Assembly: GCA_963666055.2 (NCBI GenBank)
Contig: CAXWPH010000015.1
Location: 352,001 to 416,000 of the forward strand
Length of the DNA: 64,000 nt
From: Acidobacteriota bacterium
GTDB taxonomy: Bacteria; Acidobacteriota; UBA890; WLXD01
Direction of reading: 5' to 3'
Shown: positions 40,286-49,089 of the stretch, in pieces
How positions within the stretch are numbered: position 1 is the first letter of the stretch
How the letters are laid out: every line of letters starts with the position of its first letter
Notes under the pieces: model-generated
Told to the model about the DNA's origin: nothing
The model's database searches: none
Seen by the model: the letters and a program-made list of their open reading frames with translations, nothing else
Program-made: the position numbers and the translations under genes

Positions 40286-41836
40286 ATGGACAAGAAGAGC
40301 GATAAGAACGACAAGCGTACCGAGCGAAAGAAGGTCAGCCGTCGTGACTTCGCCAAGACGTCGGTTGCGGCAGGAGCCGCTGCGGTGGCGCTTCCCAAGG
40401 CGCTGCGTGCCGAGGCGTTAGCGGGGAAGGGAACGTCGACGGCAGCGAAGGCGCCGGCAGCCGCGGCGCGGGGCCCGATCACGATGCCGCCCGAGGTGTC
40501 GTATGGCGGCCTCGATTTCGACGGTCGCGATGTGCTGCTGGAGGAAATCCTGTCGCCGCCCGGGGAAGCGCCGAACTATCCAGGAGGATGGCAGGAGGGG
40601 ACTACGCTCCCGGCTGAGTACTACCTCGATGAGAAGCACTGGCTCAACGAGGAGCGCTTTCTCCGCGAGCACTTCTGGTTCATGGCCGACCACGAGAGCC
40701 GCATCGCCAATCCCGGCGACTACTTCCTCTTCGAGTTCGGGCGTGGCGACAGCGTCATCATCGCGCGTGCCGAAGACGGTTCCGTGAAGGCCCACCACAA
40801 CGTCTGTCGACACCGCGGATCGCGGATCTGCCTGCACGACCAGAACCTGCCCGGGTCGGCGAGGTCGGACGGCAAGCCGGAGGACCCGCGGCTGTCGGTA
40901 GTACAACAGGGACCGAGCGGTAACACGGCGGTCTTTCGTTGCCCCTATCACTCCTGGACCTACGATCTCGACGGCAAGCTGATCTCGTTCCCGACCGGCA
41001 TGCCGGAGGGATTCGACGAGAACCAGCACGGCCTGCACCCGGCCCACGTGCGTGTGGTCGAAGGCTTCATCTTCGTCAGCCTGGCTGACCAGGAACCGAA
41101 GGGGTTCGACAAGTTCGTGGCCAACTGGCGACGTGTCTGCCAGTTCTACGGAACCGCGGGTATGAAAGTAGCGGCTCGCATACAGCACCCGACGAAGGCC
41201 AACTGGAAGCTGGCGATCGAGAACTTCGAGGAGTGCTATCACTGCGAGCCAGCGCACAAGTCGCTGGTAGAGGTGCAGTGGTGGCAGCGCAAGCACGTGC
41301 TGAGCGACGAGCAAGTTGCCGACATCGAGCAGGAGTTGGCACGTCACCAGCACCCGGACGAGCAACAGCGGAAGGGGGCGGCAGGGGTACGGGAGGACAC
41401 TTACACGATGAGCGTCCACCTGGCTCCCGGCTACGTGACCGGCAGCCTCGATGGTAAGCCGGTGGCGCCGCTCTTGCTCGATGAGTGGACCCATATGCGG
41501 CGCGGCGCCACGACCGGCTTCTCGACGTCGTTCTTCGCCGCCTACGACGACCACATCGCGGTCGCCCGGTTCACCCCGCGAGACATCGTGATGACCGATG
41601 TCGAGATCTTCTGGCTGGTCAAAGGCGACGCCAAGGACGATGAGGTAGATGTGGAGCGCATGATGGAGCTCTGGGACATCACCTACCGGGAGGATCTGTG
41701 GATCGTCGAGAACAACCAGCACGGGATCCGGAACAGCCGCTACAACTACGCCGGCGGACAGCCGTACGCCCGGCGTGAAGGCGGACCCGCGGGATTCATC
41801 AAGTGGTATATGACCGAGATAGCACCCCACGCTTGA
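40286..41836 (+). CDS. Rieske oxygenase alpha subunit (glycine betaine demethylase GbcA-like) with Tat signal
   Basis: SRRDFAK signal; CRH...CPYH; NWKLAIENFEECYHCEPAH; C-terminal ED..IVE.NQ.G. Confidence 0.85.
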   Translation: MDKKSDKNDKRTERKKVSRRDFAKTSVAAGAAAVALPKALRAEALAGKGTSTAAKAPAAAARGPITMPPEVSYGGLDFDGRDVLLEEILSPPGEAPNYPGGWQEGTTLPAEYYLDEKHWLNEERFLREHFWFMADHESRIANPGDYFLFEFGRGDSVIIARAEDGSVKAHHNVCRHRGSRICLHDQNLPGSARSDGKPEDPRLSVVQQGPSGNTAVFRCPYHSWTYDLDGKLISFPTGMPEGFDENQHGLHPAHVRVVEGFIFVSLADQEPKGFDKFVANWRRVCQFYGTAGMKVAARIQHPTKANWKLAIENFEECYHCEPAHKSLVEVQWWQRKHVLSDEQVADIEQELARHQHPDEQQRKGAAGVREDTYTMSVHLAPGYVTGSLDGKPVAPLLLDEWTHMRRGATTGFSTSFFAAYDDHIAVARFTPRDIVMTDVEIFWLVKGDAKDDEVDVERMMELWDITYREDLWIVENNQHGIRNSRYNYAGGQPYARREGGPAGFIKWYMTEIAPHA

Positions 41837-41846
41837 GGAGAAAGCC

Positions 41847-43811
41847 GTGACCGACCGCGACCTCGGAATGCTCCGCGACATCACCCGACGGGATTTCGTC
41901 AGCGGTGTCAGCGTTGCCATCGGCGGTGCGCTGGCGCTGCCAGCCAGACTACGCGCCGCTGGCATGACGCAGGCCTACGCGCCCGAGAAGGCGGCAGGCT
42001 ACTACCCGCCGGCCCGCACCGGCATGCGCGGCTCGCATCCTGGCTCGTTCGAAGCGGCGCACGCCGCCCGCGACGGGATGAGGTTTGATGGAGCCGAAGA
42101 CACCGGCGAGACCTACGACCTGATCGTCGTCGGTGCCGGCCTCAGTGGTCTGGCTGCAGCGTACTTCTTCCGCAAGGCGACGAGCCCCGACGCCCGCATC
42201 CTGATCCTCGAGAACCACGACGACTTCGGGGGCCACGCCAAGCGCAACGAGTTCGAGCACGATGGCGACGTGCTGCTCGCCACCGGCGGTACCGTCTTCA
42301 TGGTGCAACCGGAGCGCTACCCGCAACCGGCGCGCGAGATGCTCGAGGACATCGGCGTCGAGCTGGATCATCCGACCAACAACGTTCATCGAGGGATGTT
42401 CAGGGCATCGGGGCTGGAGCCGGCCGTTTTCTTTCACGAGGAGAGCTTCGGGAAAGACGTCCTGGTCAGCGGCAGCGTCAGACGGCCCAGCGAGGAGTTC
42501 CTCGCCAAGACGCCGCTCTCCGAGTCGGTTCGTCGGGACTTGCTGCGGCTCTGGAACGACCAGCGCGACTACCTGCCGGGGTTGTCGAGGGCGGAGAAGG
42601 TCGAGCGGCTGCAGCGCACTAGCTATCGCGACTACCTGCTCGATCTGGTCAAAGTAGATCCGGACGTGCTGCCGCTGGTGGGTGGAGTCTGGTGTCTGGG
42701 GGCCGATACCTCGAGCGCCTGGTTCGCCCTCTATCGTGGCCTGCCGGGTTTCGCAGGACTGGGGATCCCGATTCCGGCGGAGTCGCCGGCGCTCTCCGAG
42801 AACGTCAAGACGGATGTCTACTTCCCCGCCGGTAACTCCGACATCGCGCGGATGATCGTGCGTTCGCTGATCCCGGCGGCCCTGCCGGCCGGGTCGATGG
42901 CGGACGTCGAGTTGCGGCGAACCGATTACTCGAGGCTCGATGAGCCGCGATCGCCGGTGCGCCTGCGGCTCAACAGCGCCGCCGTAGGGGTACGCCATAT
43001 CGGCGACCCACGGGAGGTTCTGAGCTCGGACCCCCGCGAGACGGAGGTCACCTACGTCCGCGGCGGCAAGGCCTACCGGGCGCGAGGCAAGGGCTGTGTG
43101 CTGGCCTGCTACCACACCATGATCCCGCACCTGTGCCCGGAGCTTCCGAACAAGCAGAAAGACGCGCTGAGCCTCGCTGCACGGGCCGTCCAGATGTACA
43201 CCAACGTCCTGGTGCGCGACTGGCGGGCGTTCGAGGAGCTCGGAGTGTCGACCATCTCGTGTCCGGGCTCGTTCTACAGCGCCATCCGTCCCCGCGCACC
43301 ACACACGCTGGGGACCTACGATCCACCACGCTCGCCGGCGGACCCGATCATCGTCTCGCTGAGCGATGCTGGAGGAGTGCTCTCCTGGGAGCCGATGGTT
43401 CGCGGCCTACGCGGCGGAGAACCGATTCCACCGGGCACCCCGGTTCGCGATCAGATGCGAGCGGTGCGACAGGCGCTCCTGGAAAACTCGTTCGAGGACT
43501 TCGAACGGCGCATTCGCGAGCAGATGGCGCGGGTGCTATCGCCGGCGGGCTTCGACCCGGCGCGCGATATCGAGGCCATCATGGTCAACCGCTGGCCGCA
43601 CGGCTACGCCCTGGCGACCAACACGCTCTTCGATCCGGAATGGGCTCCCGGCGAGGAGCCCTGGCTCGTCGCCAGTCAGCCGTTCGGGCGGATCACGATC
43701 GCCAACACGGATGCCTCGGGAATCGACCTCACCCAGACCGCCTTCGACGAGGCACACCGTGCAGTCGGGGAGCTCATGCAGATGCGCCACGGCTGGTTCC
43801 CGCGCATCTGA
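41847..43811 (+). CDS. Spermidine dehydrogenase-like Tat flavoprotein
   Basis: TRRDFVSG; YYPPARTGMRGSHPGSFE; HDDFGGHAKRNEF; NRWPHGYA. Confidence 0.85.
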   Translation: MTDRDLGMLRDITRRDFVSGVSVAIGGALALPARLRAAGMTQAYAPEKAAGYYPPARTGMRGSHPGSFEAAHAARDGMRFDGAEDTGETYDLIVVGAGLSGLAAAYFFRKATSPDARILILENHDDFGGHAKRNEFEHDGDVLLATGGTVFMVQPERYPQPAREMLEDIGVELDHPTNNVHRGMFRASGLEPAVFFHEESFGKDVLVSGSVRRPSEEFLAKTPLSESVRRDLLRLWNDQRDYLPGLSRAEKVERLQRTSYRDYLLDLVKVDPDVLPLVGGVWCLGADTSSAWFALYRGLPGFAGLGIPIPAESPALSENVKTDVYFPAGNSDIARMIVRSLIPAALPAGSMADVELRRTDYSRLDEPRSPVRLRLNSAAVGVRHIGDPREVLSSDPRETEVTYVRGGKAYRARGKGCVLACYHTMIPHLCPELPNKQKDALSLAARAVQMYTNVLVRDWRAFEELGVSTISCPGSFYSAIRPRAPHTLGTYDPPRSPADPIIVSLSDAGGVLSWEPMVRGLRGGEPIPPGTPVRDQMRAVRQALLENSFEDFERRIREQMARVLSPAGFDPARDIEAIMVNRWPHGYALATNTLFDPEWAPGEEPWLVASQPFGRITIANTDASGIDLTQTAFDEAHRAVGELMQMRHGWFPRI

Positions 43812-43928
43812 GTCCCCGCGTCGGCAACAACTAGTGGCCTGTAGCGAGGGATCATCGGTCTCGGGTCAGACGTCCGATGATCCTGTCGGTCGGCCCGCGC
43901 GCTCACGCTGCCTCCCAGACTCCGTGTA

Positions 43929-44399
43929 TTACTGCTTGTCGAAGTGGAGATCCTGCAGGATCGAGCCGTCCGCCCTGTACCACATCACACGCATCGATCT
44001 GCCGTCCTCCGAGACCTGTCGCAAGAACATGCCGGAGAAGGTCCCATCGCCGCGCTTGCCGAGACGCAGCTCGCTGCGTTCGTCCATGCGGATCATCCTC
44101 ACGAGCCCGCTCGATTCCTCGCCCGTGTCGAGACTCTTGCCCCGGTACCACTCGCCGTCGTCGAAGGTTGCCGTATAGGTGCTTCGCGAGCGCCGGCCGT
44201 TCGCTGTGATGTCGTTGATGCCCGTCTCGGCGTTGTTCTCATGCTTGAGCGTGATCACCTCCAGCTCCGGAAGCGGGGAGCCGTTGGTAATGGACTTCGA
44301 TTGATCGAGCTTCCAGACCCCGTTAAAGGGATCGGTCTGGGCATGTGCAGTCCCGACCAGCAAGAGAGACAGCGCCAGCGCTGCGATCGACGTCTTCAT
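43929..44399 (-). CDS. Exported hypothetical beta-barrel-like protein
   Basis: Signal peptide; DPFNGVWKLDQSKS...VSEDGRSM...FDKQ. Confidence 0.7.
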   Translation of the reverse strand: MKTSIAALALSLLLVGTAHAQTDPFNGVWKLDQSKSITNGSPLPELEVITLKHENNAETGINDITANGRRSRSTYTATFDDGEWYRGKSLDTGEESSGLVRMIRMDERSELRLGKRGDGTFSGMFLRQVSEDGRSMRVMWYRADGSILQDLHFDKQ

Positions 44400-44478
44400 G
44401 GTTTTCTCCCTGTTTGTGAGTAAAGCAAGCCCGAGTCGTTGCTTGCCGTGCCGCCATCGTCGACGCCAGCTCCGGCGA

Positions 44479-45204
44479 TCAACGCTTGTTCCAGATGTCG
44501 ATGACCTCGGTATGCCCCACCAGCGTAGCGTTGTCACCGATGTACAGCATCGCGTCCTCGGCGCGAGCCGGATCCGTCGGCACGATGGCGTCCTTGATGG
44601 CAACCGTGCGGTAGCCGAGGCTGCGGGCGGTCTGCATCGTCGGCACCACGCCGACCTCGGCGCCTACCCCGACGATGACGATGGTGGTGATTCGATTCCA
44701 CCGCAGCAACGCATCGAGTGCAGTGGCAATGAACGCGTCCGGCCGGTACTTCCTGAGCACCCAGTCATTGACCTCTGGCGCTATCTCCTCTGGGTTTTCC
44801 CAACCCCAGGTGCCCTCGTGGGTCGAGATCGTCGACGGTGGTCCAGTGTTGCTGGGCCTGTCGCCCGGTCGCCCATAGGTCGACCCGTCCGGATAGGAGG
44901 TCCAGCGAACATAGGCAACCCGTACGTTGTTTGCTCGCGCCGCAGCCAGCAGCTCGACCATCGGGTCCATGATGCCGGTGACGTCGATGCGGCGCCCGCT
45001 GATGTCGAACGTTCCGCCCTCCGAGACGAAGGCGTTGAGCACTTCGTGGACGAGAAGAACCGTGTGTTCTGGACGCAGCAGCTCTTCGAGCTCCGGACCC
45101 GACGGTGCTTGAACGCTCCCTCGCGCTCCCGCCGCCGGCATGTAGCCGAGCACGACGACCAGCAGGGCAAGGGTCGTTATCCGGATTCCTGGCCTGCGTC
45201 TCAT
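44479..45204 (-). CDS. Exported isochorismatase-fold protein lacking the catalytic Cys
   Basis: GTWGWE, KYRPDAF..T.LD..LR; GVGAEVGV in place of G..T..CV. Confidence 0.75.
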   Translation of the reverse strand: MRRRPGIRITTLALLVVVLGYMPAAGARGSVQAPSGPELEELLRPEHTVLLVHEVLNAFVSEGGTFDISGRRIDVTGIMDPMVELLAAARANNVRVAYVRWTSYPDGSTYGRPGDRPSNTGPPSTISTHEGTWGWENPEEIAPEVNDWVLRKYRPDAFIATALDALLRWNRITTIVIVGVGAEVGVVPTMQTARSLGYRTVAIKDAIVPTDPARAEDAMLYIGDNATLVGHTEVIDIWNKR

Positions 45205-45439
45205 GTTTCCTCCTTCATCCAAAGTGCCGGAAGTCATCGCCAGACAGCTCACGCTGGAGCCGATCAACACCCTGTACAACTTCGAGACGCGAATCGCCGG
45301 TAGGGGCGCGATCCATGAACCCCGAATCAGCAAGATCAGCGGGTCTCGTGATCATTCGTGCGGTAAGGCAATCGCTAAGCGTACAATCCAACCGCGCGAT
45401 AGGACACCAACACGTCGCGCAGCAGCGCGGCAGGGCTCC

Positions 45440-46994
45440 ATGTACAGATCAGTGGCTCGACGTGAATTGGGTGCGATTGGCAAGTTCGCGGTGACGGCGA
45501 CCATCGTGGCCGTCACGGTGTCAGGAGCGGCGTGCTCGGGAGAGGCCGATTCCCGGCCACCGGAGGGTGCCTCGACGACGCTGGACGGCCTGCAGGATTC
45601 GTTGCTGCGATGGCCGCTGCCGTCCGGCGCTGAGGCGTACGCGGACATCGACGGCCGGCGCCTGCATCAGTACGTCGTCGACCAGGCGGAGATATCGCGG
45701 CGGTATCGAGATCAGGGGCATCCGCAGTTCTGGGGCCGGATCACCGGCACCTCCGCCGATGCGGACAGCGCCGAGTGGCTAGCCGCCAAGTTCCGCGACA
45801 TCGGCCTCTCGGAGGTGCGCATCCAACCGCTCGAGCTCGAGCCGCAGTGGATGGCGCAGTCGTGGGAGGTGTCGGTCACGGCCGGCGGCGAAACCTTCCC
45901 GCTGGAGTCCGCCCAGCCGGCTTATCGCACGTCGGCGACACCCCCCGACGGCCTCCGACTCGACGCCGTGTATGTGGGGCTCGGCAGCGAAGCCGACTTC
46001 GCCGGGCGCGACGTCCGTGGCAAGGCCGCGTTCGCCTTCGGCATGCTTGGGGGTGCGGACGGAGCGCGCACTGGCGCGAGCCGATGCTAGCGGCGCCGCC
46101 GCCATCTTCGATGTTCGGATGTTGCCGGGGAACATACGCTACCAGGCCTACCCGGCGCGAACCAACGTCCCAACATTTACTCTCGGAGGCGACGACGGCT
46201 ATGCGGTCCGCGACCTGATCGCCGTGGCGGCGGCGGGCGAAGCACCGCGGATGAGGGTGGAGCTCGAGGTCGAGATGGTCCCGGATCTCGAGACCGCGCT
46301 CGTCTGGGGCACGCTCCCGGGCGCCACCGACGAGACGATCTACATCATGGCGCACCGCGACGGCTGGTTCGACGCCGCCGGTGACAACGCCTCCGGCGTC
46401 GCCTCGATGATCGGGCTAGCGGAGCACTACGCGCTGATCCCGCCGACCGAGCGGCGTCGCACGATGGTCTTTCTCGGCCTGGATGGACATCACAACTCGG
46501 GACCGGGCTCTGCGGCGGGCGGATTCTGGTTGATGGACCACCGGGAGGAGCTCTTCGCGAAGACCGCCTTGGTGATCAACTGCGAGCATCCGTCGACGGT
46601 GCAGACCACGGTCAGGCCGCGATACCTGGGGAAGGACGAGATCACCTGGTCGAATGCGTACATGCCCCAGCAGTGGTACGTAGGCGGCCCCTCGAGACCT
46701 CAGCTCGGGGCGATCGCCGTCAGCGCCTTCCGAGAGTTCGGGGTCAGCACGTATCTCGAGCCGAATGCCGAGCCGCCGGCCGGGGATCTCGGCTGGCGTG
46801 GCGGACCGGAGCTGTGGCGCTTCGTGCCGGGCATCGCGACAAGCGAGTTCTACCACTACTTCCACACCGACCGGGAGACGCCGGAGACCGTCTTGTGGAC
46901 CGGTCTCGAGGCGTCGACGCGAGCCTACGCGCGCATCGTCGACGAGGTGAACAAGCTCGAGCTGAGCGACTTGCAGCGGCCAGAGGAACCGTAG
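45440..46994 (+). CDS. M28 family peptidase lipoprotein, frameshift near 46060-46075
   Basis: FWGRITG in one frame; AHRDGW, DNASG, FHTD in the next frame. Confidence 0.75.
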
Positions 46995-47127
46995 GCGGCA
47001 GGGGTTGACTGTATTGCACGCGCTGTTCTTAACTGCCGTTCCGCCTTCTCGGGACGTCCGCGCCGTACGGTCAGCTGCAACGACAAGATCCTGCACCGAC
47101 ACCGGCGCATCGAGTGGAGAACGCACC

Positions 47128-49089
47128 ATGAGATGGAGCCAGCTGGCCGCGCGCTCCAACACCGACGTCGCCGCTCCGCAGGCGAGGGCGGAGATCGTCG
47201 CGCTGCTGGTCGAGCATGGGGGTGGCACCGAGGGCGAGGCACTCGTTGACCTCATCCGGACGGGCTACCTCGATGCGGTGCGGACGATCGTCGGGCGAGG
47301 CAGCGCCAACCCATCGTATCTGAACGCGGCGCTCGGCGCGGCACGCAGCAACCAGCATACTGAGCTGGCAGCGTTCCTCGTCGCAGCGGGCGCGCAAGAG
47401 CCGACAGCGGTGGATCGCGTCTACACAGCAGAGCGACTGGAGCGACTCGAGGGCGTCTATCGGGCTCAGAGCGGGGAGACGGTGGCGCTCCGGAGGGGCT
47501 CCGAGGACGGCGAGCTCGTCCTCGAACGGACCGATCGTGGCGACATGACGCTCGTGCCGGCCAATCTGACCATCTTGCGATCTCTCGACCGAACGGCGGT
47601 TGTCGAGCTGCGCGGAGGAGCCCTGCCAGCGTCCGAGTTGGTGTTGTCCGAAGGAGATCAGTCCGAGGTATTCCTATGGACCGCCCCGGTCGACGAACGG
47701 CCGAAAGCCGCCCCGGTCAACGACCGTGCCATGAATCGGCCCGGCGCGCCCCCGCCAGTGTCCGGCGCCCGGGAGTGGTCTTCGTTCCGCGGTCCCGGCG
47801 GTTCGGGCGTCGCCGATGGGACCGACCTGCCAACCGAGTGGGACGTGGAGCGGGGGGTCAACGTTGTCTGGAAGACGCCGATTCCGGGGCTCGGTCATTC
47901 GAGCCCGATTATCTGGGGCAACCGAGTGTTCATCACGACCGCCGTCCCGAGCGCGGATGCGGTTGCGACCTTCCGGAACTTCTCGGAGGTCGTACGCTCC
48001 GGGGTCCTCGCGTACGTCAAGGAGGACGTGCGGTATTCGTGGCGGGTGATCGCGCTCGACAAGAATAACGGTGAGCTGCTCTGGGAGCGGGTGGCGCGCG
48101 AAGCGGTGCCACGCACGGCACGTCACGTCATGGCCTCGCATGCCAACCAGACGCCGGCCACGGACGGTACGCACGTTGTGGCGTGGTTCGGGTCCGAAGG
48201 CGTCTACTGTTATGACGTCGATGGCAACCTGCTGTGGTCCAAGGACCTCGGCCCGCTCCCATCGGGTCGCTACTTCGATCCGGGATACCAGTGGAACACC
48301 GCGAGCTCGCCCATCATCTACAAGAATCTGGTGATCCTCCAGGCGGACGGGATCGACGAGGCGTATCTCTTGGCGCTCGATATCACGACGGGCGAGGTGG
48401 TCTGGCGTACCGAACGTGATGAACACCCGTCCTGGCCAACGCCCTTCATCTACGAAGGCGCCACACGCATCGAGCTGGTCACCGCCGCCATCAGATTCGC
48501 GCGCGGCTACGACCCCGACACGGGCCAAGAGCTCTGGAGGCTCGGCCTGCACGGCGACTTTCCGACACCCACACCGATTGCCGGCCGTGGGCTGATCTTC
48601 ATCATGAGTGGGTACGGCACGGTCGAGCCCATCTACGCTATCCGTCCCGGCGCCAACGGCGACATCACGCTGGCTGACAACGAAACCTTCAATGACTCGG
48701 TCGCCTGGAGCAAACGGCGGGGGGGGCGGGGGGGGGGGGGGGGGGGGGCGGTCATCCCAACGCCGATCGTCTATGGAGACCTGCTGTATGTCTGCCGGGC
48801 CGGCGGTATCCTGGCCGCCTATCAGGTGGAGACCGGAGAGCGTGTTTATCAGGCGCGGATCACCCGGGGCGGCAACTACTCGGCGTCCCCCGTGGCGGCT
48901 GACGGCAAGATCTATTTCGCCAACGAGGACGGAGAAGTGATCGTCGTCAAGGCCGGTCCGAAGTTCGAACGCCTGGCGGTCAATCAGATGGGCGAGCCGC
49001 TCATGGCAACCCCGGCGATTGCCCATGGGATGATCATCTTCCGCATGCAGGAGCACGTCGTCGCGATCGCCCTGGGCTCAGCTGAGTAG
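47128..49089 (+). CDS. PQQ/BamB-like beta-propeller protein with ankyrin-like N-terminal remnant
   Basis: WSSFRGP, SSPIIWG, TPATDG, ASPVAADG; poly-G tract inside. Confidence 0.8.
   Translation: MRWSQLAARSNTDVAAPQARAEIVALLVEHGGGTEGEALVDLIRTGYLDAVRTIVGRGSANPSYLNAALGAARSNQHTELAAFLVAAGAQEPTAVDRVYTAERLERLEGVYRAQSGETVALRRGSEDGELVLERTDRGDMTLVPANLTILRSLDRTAVVELRGGALPASELVLSEGDQSEVFLWTAPVDERPKAAPVNDRAMNRPGAPPPVSGAREWSSFRGPGGSGVADGTDLPTEWDVERGVNVVWKTPIPGLGHSSPIIWGNRVFITTAVPSADAVATFRNFSEVVRSGVLAYVKEDVRYSWRVIALDKNNGELLWERVAREAVPRTARHVMASHANQTPATDGTHVVAWFGSEGVYCYDVDGNLLWSKDLGPLPSGRYFDPGYQWNTASSPIIYKNLVILQADGIDEAYLLALDITTGEVVWRTERDEHPSWPTPFIYEGATRIELVTAAIRFARGYDPDTGQELWRLGLHGDFPTPTPIAGRGLIFIMSGYGTVEPIYAIRPGANGDITLADNETFNDSVAWSKRRGGRGGGGGGAVIPTPIVYGDLLYVCRAGGILAAYQVETGERVYQARITRGGNYSASPVAADGKIYFANEDGEVIVVKAGPKFERLAVNQMGEPLMATPAIAHGMIIFRMQEHVVAIALGSAE

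Noticed and set aside
47060-47090. GGTCAGCTGCAACGAC resembling an attC arm
   Set aside because: No GTT core or partner arm; too short to support
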